29,235 bases of DNA from Candidatus Aenigmatarchaeota archaeon (GCA_041489155.1 JBGPQP010000011.1:1-29235), one strand, 5' to 3'. Shown: positions 8,499 to 17,546, counted from the stretch's first letter. Notes: generated from the sequence alone by a model not told the origin. A program made the numbers and translations.

Positions 8499-9080
8499 TT
8501 ATTTCTTTTTCAATTTCAGCACGACCTGAGCCACGTGCCTTCCAAGGTTTCTCGAGGTTTCTTTGCCGGTTTCATCTTTTTCCGCACCCTTCGGCTTGTC
8601 CGACCAGGCTGCGCCGCCGAAATGCATCGTCCTCTCATCTCCGACGACGAGCATGCCGTGGATGAGGAAGAAATTGTGTATTTGATGAAGCACGAATTCC
8701 TGGCCGCCGTTGCGCGAGCCGCCGACGGCGATGGCGCCGCCAACCTTGTCCTTGAGCGTCTCGCGCCTTCGGAGGTAGCGCGTCCTGTCTATGAGAGCTT
8801 TGAGCTGCGCCGAAACGCAGCCGAAGTAGACGGGCGAGCCGATTATTATGCCGTCGGCTTCCTCGATTTTTGCGGCGACCTTCTGGAAGTCGTCGTTTAT
8901 CACGCATCTGCCGGCTTTCCTGCACCTGTCGCATGCTTTGCAGGGAGCGATGTCCATTTTGCCTGTGTGCAGCAATTCGGTTTTCAAGCCCAGTGCCTCG
9001 CATTCCTTAAGCGCGAGGGAAACGAGCAGCTTCGTGTTGCTGTCCCTCGGCGAGCCGACAAGACCCACTATTCTTGCCAT
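8499..9080 (-). CDS. Iron-sulfur flavoprotein / flavodoxin-fold FMN reductase family
   Basis: GSPR..NT, CKACDRC..(5)..C, ADGIIIGSPVYFG.VSAQLKALIDR, GGSRNGGQE. Confidence 0.9.
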   Translation of the reverse strand: MARIVGLVGSPRDSNTKLLVSLALKECEALGLKTELLHTGKMDIAPCKACDRCRKAGRCVINDDFQKVAAKIEEADGIIIGSPVYFGCVSAQLKALIDRTRYLRRRETLKDKVGGAIAVGGSRNGGQEFVLHQIHNFFLIHGMLVVGDERTMHFGGAAWSDKPKGAEKDETGKETSRNLGRHVAQVVLKLKKK

Positions 9081-9179
9081 GACAATCAAAATAAAATTGT
9101 TTTCAGTGTTTAAACTCTTTTGCTTTCCAATGTTCTGGATAAGCTGAGATTTAAAAAATTTGCAACAATCACAATAATC

Positions 9180-9743
9180 ATGAGAAGGGTCGCCAGCTTT
9201 GAAGGGCTGAAGAAAGAGTTTGAAAATTACTTGGAAACAGGCGTAGAGAAAAAAAGGCTCATTGTTTATTTCACAGACGAGGAGGCCATGAAAAATCTTT
9301 CTTCATACTACAGAAGCAGAGTCATCGACAAACCTCCGGTCGAATATGTACAGCGCATTGTAAGAAAAGGTTGCTTGTTGCTCCCAAAGGATGGAAAGCC
9401 AGTTATTGGTGGTGAGAAAAAGCCGAAAAAGGAGAGCAACACGAGGCTTTATTTCATGGACCGAAATCGTTATGCGTACTTTGACATTTATGGTTGCAGA
9501 GAGCCGACGATTTTAAAAAAGGTCAAATTAAGGAAACTGATTTTAAAGCTGCCAATAATGCCGCTTAAAGAGTATTTTTCGAACATGGGAGAGATATGGG
9601 ACCTGGAAGGAGAAATGAACGTCAAGATATGCACGCTCCTTTCGGAATACATGGGTCTGGGCGACAACAGCAAAATACTGCCATTAATTGAAACAAAACA
9701 GCTTGAGTTCAGAGACAATTTCGATGATGTCGTTTTCCAGTGA
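9180..9743 (+). CDS. Hypothetical protein
   Basis: Fills the gap between two minus-strand genes; ATG 9180 lies about 25 nt after TTTAAAAA; visibly AT-richer than its neighbours; no motif recognised. Confidence 0.65.
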   Translation: MRRVASFEGLKKEFENYLETGVEKKRLIVYFTDEEAMKNLSSYYRSRVIDKPPVEYVQRIVRKGCLLLPKDGKPVIGGEKKPKKESNTRLYFMDRNRYAYFDIYGCREPTILKKVKLRKLILKLPIMPLKEYFSNMGEIWDLEGEMNVKICTLLSEYMGLGDNSKILPLIETKQLEFRDNFDDVVFQ

Positions 9744-9785
9744 TTTTTGGATTGTTGAAAACTGGAGCTGTCAGACTGCCCGCGG

Positions 9786-10673
9786 TCATTCAGCCTTTTT
9801 CTCGTTTTCCTTCTCGCCTTTAGGTTCTGGCAGCACGTCCTTCAGTATCTCAGGTATCTTGTCTATGATATCAGTTGCAACCAGCGGCCGCTTTTCCTTC
9901 GCTGCCAAGTCGCCTGCCAGGCCGCTGAGATACGCTCCCGCGCAGCCGGCCTTGAAAGGCGAAACTTTCTGCGCCATCAGTGCGCCGCAGATGCCTGTCA
10001 GCACGTCGCCCGTCCCTCCAACCGTCATGTAAGAATTGCCCGTCCTGTTCATCGCAGTCTGCTTGCCGTCCGAGATTATGTCTATCGCTCCTTTCAGAAG
10101 GATTGTCGCTCCTATCTTTTTGGCATGTTTCCTGGCAAGCTCTGCCCTTCCTGTGATGTCGTATTTCGGCTTCTCTCCGGTAAGGTAATAGAATTCGTAG
10201 GCGTGTGGCGTAAGCAGGAAGTTGTCCCAGAGTTTCTTCTTCTCCAGCGCCTTTATCGCGTCAGCGTCGATGACGCACGGCTTTTTAATCGTCTCCACGA
10301 ACCTGACAACGAATTTCTGCGTTTCCTTCTCTATCCCGAGTCCGGGTCCTATTGCTATCGCATCATAATTCTTCGCAAGCTCCAGGATTTTTTTCAGGTG
10401 TTTAGGCGTGAAATAATCCCCTTCGAACGGCGTGGTTATGAGATTCGGCGAAAACTTGGCGACTATGTCCGCCGGTCTCTCGGGCGCGGCGACCATTACC
10501 AGGTCGACTCCCGCGTGCAGCGCCGCCATCGCGCTATACGCCACCAAGGCAGGAGAGCCTGTGTAAATCTTCGAGCCGCCGATGATGAGCAGCTTGCCGA
10601 AATCTCCCTTGTGGCTCCACTGCGGCCTGTCCTTGTACACTTCCTTGAGAATAGAACCCTCAATCGTAATCAT
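9786..10673 (-). CDS. nnrD: ADP/ATP-dependent NAD(P)H-hydrate dehydratase
   Basis: SHKGDFGKLLIIGGS..YTGSP, AIGPGLG, VIDADAI, LTPH..EF, LLKG, GGTGDVLTG. Confidence 0.93.
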   Translation of the reverse strand: MITIEGSILKEVYKDRPQWSHKGDFGKLLIIGGSKIYTGSPALVAYSAMAALHAGVDLVMVAAPERPADIVAKFSPNLITTPFEGDYFTPKHLKKILELAKNYDAIAIGPGLGIEKETQKFVVRFVETIKKPCVIDADAIKALEKKKLWDNFLLTPHAYEFYYLTGEKPKYDITGRAELARKHAKKIGATILLKGAIDIISDGKQTAMNRTGNSYMTVGGTGDVLTGICGALMAQKVSPFKAGCAGAYLSGLAGDLAAKEKRPLVATDIIDKIPEILKDVLPEPKGEKENEKKAE

Positions 10674-10742
10674 GCCTTTTAGTTTAATTCAGTTATTAAA
10701 AAACCCGACTGTTTTGTTAAGGCGATTGACGAAAATGGAAAT

Positions 10743-11795
10743 TTACTTCTTCCCGAACATCTCCGCGACGTCGAGCAGGCGGTTGGAGTAGCCGCGCTCG
10801 TTGTCGTACCACGACCAGATTATTACCTGCCTGCCGTCGATGACGTTGGTCAGCGGTTTGTCGACGATACCCGATTCCCTGCGGCCGATTATGTAAGACG
10901 AGACAATCTCCTTGTCCGTGCAGGCGAGTATGCCCTTCAGCGACGAGCTGCATTCCCTTTCTATGACCTTGTTGACGTCATCGCGCGTGGTCTGCTTTTT
11001 GACGTCGGCGATGAGCCCGACTATCGAGCCTGTCATCGCTCCCGGGACGCGCATGGAGACAGCGTCAATCTTGCCCTTCAGTTCGGGGATGATCTTCGCG
11101 ACCGCCTTGGCCGCTCCTGTGGACGTGGGAATTATGTTGTTGATGAGCGACCTCGCTCTTCGCATGTCCTTGTGCGAGCCGTCGAATATGCTCTGGTCTT
11201 CTGTCGGAGCATGCACGGTTATGACGTAGCCGCGCTCTATGCCCCAGTTATCATTGACGATTTTGGTGATGGAAGCGATTGCGTTAGTCGTGCAGGAGGC
11301 GCAGTCTATTATCGTCTCATGCTCAGGTATGTTGTCTGTCACGCCGAGAACGATAGAGGTGTCGATGCCCTCCTTGCCCGGTGCGGATATTATGACCTTG
11401 CGCGCGCCCGCCTTCAGGTGGCCTTCGACTTCCTTGCGTTTCCTGAAAAGGCCGGTCGACTCTATCACGACGTCGACGCCGTGCTTCTTCCACGGCAGCG
11501 TTGACAGGTCGCCGCGATTGTTGTACAAGTGGATTTTCTGGCCATGGATTTCTATCCACGCCGTCCCGTCGCTTTCGCGTCCCATCGGGATGTGGTCGAA
11601 GTGGTGGCCGTGGGTCGAGTCGAACTTCAGCAGCTCGGCGAAGAATTCGACGCCCTTGTCGTCCTCCGCGCCGCGGACGCCGTTTATGGCGACAACATCA
11701 ATATTAGTCTTGCCGTCTTTCTTCCTTTCCGCCCATGACCAGATGAAGTTCCTGCCGATTCTTCCGGGACCGTTAACAGCGACCTTTATGCTCAT
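10743..11795 (-). CDS. gap: Class I (bacterial-type) glyceraldehyde-3-phosphate dehydrogenase
   Basis: NGPGRIGR, FDSTHG, VIESTG, KVIISAPG, ASCTTN, NIIPTSTGAAKAV, SWYDNERGYSNR. Start could be 11795 or 11801. Confidence 0.95.
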   Translation of the reverse strand: MSIKVAVNGPGRIGRNFIWSWAERKKDGKTNIDVVAINGVRGAEDDKGVEFFAELLKFDSTHGHHFDHIPMGRESDGTAWIEIHGQKIHLYNNRGDLSTLPWKKHGVDVVIESTGLFRKRKEVEGHLKAGARKVIISAPGKEGIDTSIVLGVTDNIPEHETIIDCASCTTNAIASITKIVNDNWGIERGYVITVHAPTEDQSIFDGSHKDMRRARSLINNIIPTSTGAAKAVAKIIPELKGKIDAVSMRVPGAMTGSIVGLIADVKKQTTRDDVNKVIERECSSSLKGILACTDKEIVSSYIIGRRESGIVDKPLTNVIDGRQVIIWSWYDNERGYSNRLLDVAEMFGKK

Positions 11796-13020
11796 GCTCA
11801 TCCCTCCCCTCAACAGATTTTTTCATGCTGAGCTTTTCACCATGAAGTCTGAACGACTCTTTCAGGGCTTCTATGCCCGGGAACCTATCCCTGGTTATGT
11901 AGTCGGCGAAAGCGCCTCCGCCCGTGGAGATATGCGTCATCCTTTCCATCATGTTGAGCTTCTTCATCGCGGATATGCTGTCCCCGCCGCCGACGAGCGT
12001 TTTCGCGTCAAGGCCTGCGATGAAGCTTGCTATGTAAAGCGTTCCCTTCTCGTAAGGCTTCTTCTCGAACATCCCAAGCGGCCCGGTCCACACGACCGTC
12101 TTCGCCTGGCGCAGCGCGTTCTTGTAGTGCACGACAGTTTCCGGTCCTATGTCAAGAATATTCATTCCTTTCCTGACTTCGGCGACCGGGAAATGCTCGG
12201 GTGCGCCGGCGTTTTCAACTACGACGTCTTCAGGCAGCATGATTTTGTTCCCTCCCTTCAGCAGGATCTCTTTTGCTTTTTCCACGAGCGTCTCGTCGTA
12301 TTTTGAATCGCCGATATCGAAACCCCTCGCCTTGAGGAACGTGTTGCCTATCACGCCGCCCATCAGGATTCTGTCGACTTTCGGGAGAAGACTTTCGATG
12401 GCGAGCATCTTGTCTCCCTTCGCGCCGCCGATTATCGCCACGTAAGGCTTCTCCGGCCTGCCGACTATTTTGTCGATCATCCTCACTTCCCTCATGAAGC
12501 TCAGGCCCGCGCAGCCCGGTATGAACTTCGGGATGCCTGTTATGGAGGCATGGTCGCGGTGCGAGGCAGCGAAGGCCTCGTTCACGTAGATGTCGCCGAG
12601 ACCCGCGAGCTTCTTCGCGAACTCCTCCCGCACGGCCGCGTTTTTCTCGGTCTCCTCCGGATAGAACCTTATGTTTTCGAGCATGATTATTTCGCCTTTC
12701 TTCATGCCCCTGACAGCTGCCTCGACTTCGGCCCCGGTGCATGAATCCAGTTTCCTGACCACTGTTCCTGTCAGGTTCTTCAGCCTCTCGGCGACGGCGT
12801 CCATCCTGAGATGCGACTCCCTGTCCTTCGGCCTGCCGAGATGGGAAATCAGAACGAGTTTTCCGTCGTTGTTCAGAACGTAGTTGAGCGTTTTCAGGGT
12901 CGTGCTTATCCTCGTGTGGTCAGCGATCTTGCCCCTTTCGTCGAGCGGAAGGTTGTAGTCAACCCTCATTACCACAGTCCTGCCCTGCACGTCGACATCT
13001 CTTATCAATGGGAAATCCAT
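11773..13020 (-). CDS. pgk: Phosphoglycerate kinase
   Basis: RVDYNLP, SHLGRP, LENIRF, NEAFAASHR.HAS, GGAK, DIGPET, GPLGMFE, GGGDS, HISTGGGA. Confidence 0.97.
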   Translation of the reverse strand: MDFPLIRDVDVQGRTVVMRVDYNLPLDERGKIADHTRISTTLKTLNYVLNNDGKLVLISHLGRPKDRESHLRMDAVAERLKNLTGTVVRKLDSCTGAEVEAAVRGMKKGEIIMLENIRFYPEETEKNAAVREEFAKKLAGLGDIYVNEAFAASHRDHASITGIPKFIPGCAGLSFMREVRMIDKIVGRPEKPYVAIIGGAKGDKMLAIESLLPKVDRILMGGVIGNTFLKARGFDIGDSKYDETLVEKAKEILLKGGNKIMLPEDVVVENAGAPEHFPVAEVRKGMNILDIGPETVVHYKNALRQAKTVVWTGPLGMFEKKPYEKGTLYIASFIAGLDAKTLVGGGDSISAMKKLNMMERMTHISTGGGAFADYITRDRFPGIEALKESFRLHGEKLSMKKSVEGRDEHEHKGRC

Positions 13021-13108
13021 TATCCTACCCCTGCTTTGTCGTAGACAGGTTCAAATGAGTAAGTTATAATTTTACCGATATGCTTTAAAAAGGCTACGAC
13101 CGACTCGA

Positions 13109-13822
13109 CTAAGGCCTCATGAACTCGACGACCACGTGCTTCTTCCCTTTTCTTTCCCTTGCTATGTAAACGGACTGGAGGTCCTTCATGACTTTCGCAT
13201 CCCTCAGGCCGGAGTTTTTCAGCAGCTCGAGGACCTCGCTCTTGAGATAGGAAGAAGCGTAGGATCGCTTCAGTTCGTCATAAATCCTGTTTTTTTTGGT
13301 GAGGTATGAAAGCGTCTTCAGCATAGGAGCGACCGGGCTGAACGCGTCCCTTCTAAGGTCAGCGATGAGCAGAACGCCGTTCGTTTTGGTTATGCGCTCG
13401 ATTTCGTTCAAAACGATGACGGGGTTTTCCCAGTGATGCATGTCGAAGCCGCTTATCACGAGGTCGAAGCTGTGGTCGGCGAAAGGCAGCGCCTCCTGTC
13501 TGCCTGTTATCCATTTTATCCTGTCGTCGACCATATCCTCCTCGGCGAATTTCTTAGAAACGGCGAGGGATTTCGGGCCATCCTGGAAGCAGGTGATATC
13601 GAAGTCGTAACGCTGTTTCGCGAGGTTCAGCGCGCAGAGGCCGAACTGCGTCCCCAGGTCGAGCGCCTTACCCTCCTTCACGCCGAGGTCAAGCGAAGAA
13701 AAAACTAGGTTCTCGTAAAAATAATTAAGTTTGCCGCGCGCAAGCTTCGCGAATTCTTCGGTATTGTCCTGCCTGAGAACGATGTCGACAAGCCTGTCCT
13801 TTGTTCTGTCTGTTATTATCAT
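13109..13822 (-). CDS. Class I SAM-dependent methyltransferase (UbiE/Methyltransf_11-like)
   Basis: ALDLGTQFG, LPFADHSFDLVIS, MHHWENP..LNEIERITKTNGVLLIADL. Start is either 13822 or 13861. Confidence 0.8.
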   Translation of the reverse strand: MIITDRTKDRLVDIVLRQDNTEEFAKLARGKLNYFYENLVFSSLDLGVKEGKALDLGTQFGLCALNLAKQRYDFDITCFQDGPKSLAVSKKFAEEDMVDDRIKWITGRQEALPFADHSFDLVISGFDMHHWENPVIVLNEIERITKTNGVLLIADLRRDAFSPVAPMLKTLSYLTKKNRIYDELKRSYASSYLKSEVLELLKNSGLRDAKVMKDLQSVYIARERKGKKHVVVEFMRP

Positions 13823-13832
13823 TTCGGCTTTC

Positions 13833-14201
13833 TTACTTAATTCCGAGCTTTTTTCTGGCATCCTTGCTCATCCTTTCCTGCGTCCACGGCGGGTCGAAGA
13901 CCACTTCCACCTCGACCTTTGCGTCGTCGAACGTCGCTTTCAGCGCGTCCTCGACCTCGTGCACGAACATGCTGTGCATCGGGCAGCTCGGGTTGGTCAG
14001 GGTCATGCGCACTCGCACGTCGTTACCCTTTATGTCAATGCCGTAGATGAAGCCCAGGTCGACTATGTTCAGCCCGATCTCCGGGTCGATAACGTTCCTC
14101 AGCACCCTGAGGACTTCGTCCTTCGTGAGCATGCCTTTCGCCTTTGCCGTTTTTTTCACCTTAGCCGCATGAGCCTTTTTAGAAATTTTCTTTCCCTTCA
14201 T
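13833..14201 (-). CDS. DUF59 / SufT-like metal-sulfur cluster assembly factor
   Basis: VIDPEIGLNIVDLGFIY, MTLTNPSCPM, VFDPPWT; Lys/Ala-rich N-terminal extension; SD-like GGGTG before ATG 14201. Confidence 0.92.
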   Translation of the reverse strand: MKGKKISKKAHAAKVKKTAKAKGMLTKDEVLRVLRNVIDPEIGLNIVDLGFIYGIDIKGNDVRVRMTLTNPSCPMHSMFVHEVEDALKATFDDAKVEVEVVFDPPWTQERMSKDARKKLGIK

Positions 14202-14370
14202 AAAACACCCCTCGAACATCCGCTGAGAATTCTATCTTAAATCTTGACCTCGTGAGTTTTTATATGTTTTTTGAATTTTCCATGTTAAACGGCTTTAATG
14301 GAACAAAAAGCGGCTTGCTACGACCAATCTTAATAAACTTGCTGCAATATTAATAATAAACAGATACGCG

Positions 14371-15072
14371 ATGATTGATGAGAACAAGGTTCTGGATTTT
14401 ATCAAGTCGGATTACACTTGGGAGCAGATAATTTACGAGATCGTCGCTTGGGAGGGCCTGAATCCATGGGACCTCGACGTCTGCAAGATTTCTGAAGGCT
14501 TTCTCATTTACCTGCGCAAGATGAAGGATATGGACTTCCGCGTGCCTGCGAAGTACATCATGGTGGCGGCCATACTCCTCAAGATGAAATCCGACTATCT
14601 CCGCGCCTTCAAGGAGCAGGTTACGGGCGAGGCGGAGCAGCAGATGCAGGAAGCCCTGATGGAGCCGCAGCCCGGACCGACCGAGCAGTTCGTGCTCAAC
14701 CCGCTTGAGATGCCTCCGCGCAGGGAGCCGGTAAGGGGAATAGTGGTGACTGAACTGGTAAAGGCCCTGCGCAAGGTCATGATGGCGCACGAGAGGAGGG
14801 AGTTCAGGGCGGAAAAACTGAGGAAGGACATCCAGATTTCCGAAGAGAACATAAACGAAAGGATAAAGACGCTTTACTCGAGAATCAATTCGCTGCTTTC
14901 GCGTGTCAAGAAGAAGGAAGTCGAGTTCTCGAAGCTCGTGGGCAAATGGGAGCGCGATGAAGTGGTCAGCAACTTCGTTCCGCTTGTCCACCTGGAACAG
15001 CAGAAGAAAGTCGCTGCGAGGCAGGAGGAACTGTTCGAAGAGATATGGGTCAGCAGAAGGGATAAGAAATGA
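14371..15072 (+). CDS. scpA: Segregation/condensation protein A (SMC kleisin)
   Basis: LNPWDLDV, AAILLKMKS, ELVKALRK, C-terminal FVPLVHLEQQKKV..QEELFEEIWV. Confidence 0.88.
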   Translation: MIDENKVLDFIKSDYTWEQIIYEIVAWEGLNPWDLDVCKISEGFLIYLRKMKDMDFRVPAKYIMVAAILLKMKSDYLRAFKEQVTGEAEQQMQEALMEPQPGPTEQFVLNPLEMPPRREPVRGIVVTELVKALRKVMMAHERREFRAEKLRKDIQISEENINERIKTLYSRINSLLSRVKKKEVEFSKLVGKWERDEVVSNFVPLVHLEQQKKVAARQEELFEEIWVSRRDKK

Positions 15073-17177
15073 AGTTCAGGCTCCTTGCCTTGATGTTTCT
15101 TTTATGCGCTGCAATTTTCACAACACTGCCATCCGCTGAAGCGAAAGGCATAGAGGACAACGTTCTCCGCAACCCTGCCGGCGTGGGAGAGCTTGTCGTC
15201 AACATCACCCAGTACGGTATCGTAACCTCCGACGGCACGCCAACTAAAATCGTTATAAACTTCAGCATGCCCCAGGACGACGACAGGCAGGACGTCATAA
15301 TGGACGTAAAACAGGTGACAGACGAGCTGGGGACGGAAATCGGCGTCATAGAGAAGAGCGACCCCGGCAACCGCTTCGCCTACAGCGTCCCGGGGGTAGT
15401 CAAGGCAAGGGCTAACCACCTGACTTCGCTCCCGTCCTCTTACTCGGTTCCAAACGACGCAAAAATCTACATGCAGCCCACTCAGCACATCCAGTCATCC
15501 GATGCGCGCATTCGCTCGCTCGCCGAAGACGTAACGAAGGATTCCAAGGACGATTTCGAGCGCGTGGCGAAGCTTGCGGTGTGGGTGCACGACCACATAA
15601 ATTATGACCTCACCTACACGGGCAAGGCGCTTGACGCGCTTTCGGTGCTGGACCAGAGGCGCGGCGTCTGTGCGGAGTACACGACGCTTTTCATCGCGCT
15701 CGCCAGGTCAATCGGCATACCGGCGAAATTCGTTGCCGGCTATTCCTACGGCGAGCGCGGCTGGGAGAGGCACGCGTACGCCGAGGCGTATCTCGGCAAA
15801 TGGGTTCCCGTCGATCCGCTGTGGCTGGAGATAGGCTACCTCGACGCGACCCACCTGAAGTTCGGGGATCATGCCGACAATTCCGTAAAGAACAACGTCG
15901 AAGTCACCGGCTTCAACGTCAACAACATAGAATGGACCGAGGACGACGTCAACCTTTCGACAGTCTCATTCTCGCAGATTGAAAAAGCCGACTACGAGCT
16001 GGCGATTTCGGGCGATGAATTCAGGAAAGGCGACGAGGGGATCGTCACGCTTTCGCTGACGCCGCAGGAATACATAGTGGGAAGCATGATACTGGAGCCC
16101 TGCGCAGGGGATTACAATGTCGTCCAGGTCGAGGACAAGCAGAAGAACGTCATACTCAGGCCCGGCGTAAAGGAGCAGGTCTACTGGAAGATAAAGGCCA
16201 GCGCAGACCTGCCTGCGAACATGCTTTTCACATGTCCGCTGACGCTGAACTCGCGGTCGCTCGCGCTCAAGACGATAGACGCGATGGTCAACACGCAATA
16301 CGGCCGGCGAAGCGGGCAGAAGCTTTCGGCAAGGCTTTCCGCCTCAATGCTTGAACTCGGGGAAGAGCAGAAGGTTTACATCTCGGTTTCAGGCCTTGCG
16401 GGCGCAGCGAAAGCCGGCGTGCTCGCGGGCGATGCGAAGGAGGAATGGGACATCGAAGGCGATTTCCAGACTGTCTTCTCTTTCAAACCCGGTGAACTGG
16501 GGGAGAACGAAGTCGTGGTCTACACGTCCCAGGGCGAGGTGCTGGTTCTGAAATACGCGGTTGAGGCGCACCTGAGCGTTTCGCTCGATAACCTAACAAC
16601 GCCAGAGTACATGAAGGTCGGCGAGGCCAGAAACGTATCCGCTTACGTTATCAACAAAGGAGTCGCGCAGGACAGCATACGGGTTAACATAAACATCGAT
16701 GGCATTGACAACTACGCGAGCTTCATGCTCCAGAACGGCTATTTCGTCTCTCTGCCGGTTTCCTTCACTTCCACGGGTACCAAGGTCGTCAGGTTCGAAG
16801 TATCCGCGCCGGGGCTGAACCTGTCCAAGACGAGATTCATCGAGGTCTACGAGGAGCCTGTAATATATTACGAGACGGATTACGCGAGAAACAAGGCGTT
16901 CCTGAAGCTCGACGTGCAGAGGTCGAAAATACGCAACGTGACCATCCGCATCTCGGGCAGCGAAGCAAAAGCTGACGAAGTTTTCGGCGAAAAGACTTTC
17001 GACTTCCCGCTCCAGCCCGGCAAGTACGTGATGGAAATCACCTGCAACGACGTCGCAGGCAACCCTCGGAAGATAACGCAGGACATCGAATTCCGCGAGA
17101 AGAACTTCCTTGAGATGCTGCTGGATATCATAAATGAAATGGTATCAACCATAAGTTCGCTTTTCGCCCCTTCGTAA
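15069..17177 (+). CDS. Secreted/surface transglutaminase-like protein with beta-rich C-terminal domains
   Basis: Signal peptide MKFRLLALMFLLCAAIF..AEA; WVHDHINYD, RRGVCAEYTTLFIALARSIGIPAKFVAG, HAYAEAYLGKWVPVDP. Confidence 0.88.
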   Translation: MKFRLLALMFLLCAAIFTTLPSAEAKGIEDNVLRNPAGVGELVVNITQYGIVTSDGTPTKIVINFSMPQDDDRQDVIMDVKQVTDELGTEIGVIEKSDPGNRFAYSVPGVVKARANHLTSLPSSYSVPNDAKIYMQPTQHIQSSDARIRSLAEDVTKDSKDDFERVAKLAVWVHDHINYDLTYTGKALDALSVLDQRRGVCAEYTTLFIALARSIGIPAKFVAGYSYGERGWERHAYAEAYLGKWVPVDPLWLEIGYLDATHLKFGDHADNSVKNNVEVTGFNVNNIEWTEDDVNLSTVSFSQIEKADYELAISGDEFRKGDEGIVTLSLTPQEYIVGSMILEPCAGDYNVVQVEDKQKNVILRPGVKEQVYWKIKASADLPANMLFTCPLTLNSRSLALKTIDAMVNTQYGRRSGQKLSARLSASMLELGEEQKVYISVSGLAGAAKAGVLAGDAKEEWDIEGDFQTVFSFKPGELGENEVVVYTSQGEVLVLKYAVEAHLSVSLDNLTTPEYMKVGEARNVSAYVINKGVAQDSIRVNINIDGIDNYASFMLQNGYFVSLPVSFTSTGTKVVRFEVSAPGLNLSKTRFIEVYEEPVIYYETDYARNKAFLKLDVQRSKIRNVTIRISGSEAKADEVFGEKTFDFPLQPGKYVMEITCNDVAGNPRKITQDIEFREKNFLEMLLDIINEMVSTISSLFAPS

Positions 17178-17210
17178 TTTATTTAAACTCCGTATGGCAA
17201 TTAATTTTTT

Positions 17211-17261
17211 ATGGAAAAGAAAAAGTCCAAGAAGGCAAGTTCCGGTTGCTCATGTTGCTAG
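17211..17261 (+). CDS. Candidate 16-aa Lys/Cys micropeptide
   Basis: MEKKKSKKASSGCSCC*; TTTATTTAAA at 17178-17187 is positioned like a leaderless promoter; T-rich tract downstream. Confidence 0.35.
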   Translation: MEKKKSKKASSGCSCC

Positions 17262-17334
17262 GAGAATGAGCATTTGATTTTGGTCTTTGTTTTTTATTGT
17301 TTATTCTAGTTTAGCTCAGAAGGAAAAACATCAA

Positions 17335-17434
17335 TGGACCGGTCGGGATTTGAACCCGAGGCCTCCACCATGCCTTCACCAGCAACCATATTAATGTCGC
17401 TTAAGGTGGCGATCTACCGCTGATCTACCGGCCC
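17335..17434 (-). tRNA. tRNA-Ala(GGC) with a 28-nt intron at position 33/34; CCA not encoded
   Basis: Reverse complement: GGGCCGG TA GATC AGCGGTA GATC G CCACC TT [AAGCGACATTAATATGGTTGCTGGTGAA] GGC AT GGTGG AGGCC TCGGG TTCAAAT CCCGA CCGGTCC A. All four stems pair; G3:U70 and A73 are Ala identity elements. Intron is 17375-17402. Confidence 0.93.
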
Positions 17435-17457
17435 GTCCAGCGAAACACGACCTGAAA

Positions 17458-17463
17458 TATAAA
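17458..17463 (-). promoter_or_regulatory. TATA box of tRNA-Ala
   Basis: TTTATA on the minus strand, 24-29 nt upstream of the mature tRNA 5' end. Confidence 0.6.
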
Positions 17464-17546
17464 TCCAAGCCGTCAAACGCTAGATATATCTAATCTGGAG
17501 AGCTATTTAAAATACATTTGTTTGAAAGTTTGAAAATTATTTTGTT

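Noticed and set aside
17211..17261. Resemblance of the micropeptide to a Ras/Rab polybasic plus CC prenylation tail
   Set aside because: No GTPase domain upstream and no evidence of protein prenyltransferases; most likely coincidental.
17335..17434. Reading the tRNA as Leu (AAG after UU) or as a pseudogene
   Set aside because: G3:U70, the short variable loop and the exact BHB geometry give a normal 72-nt tRNA-Ala(GGC) after splicing.
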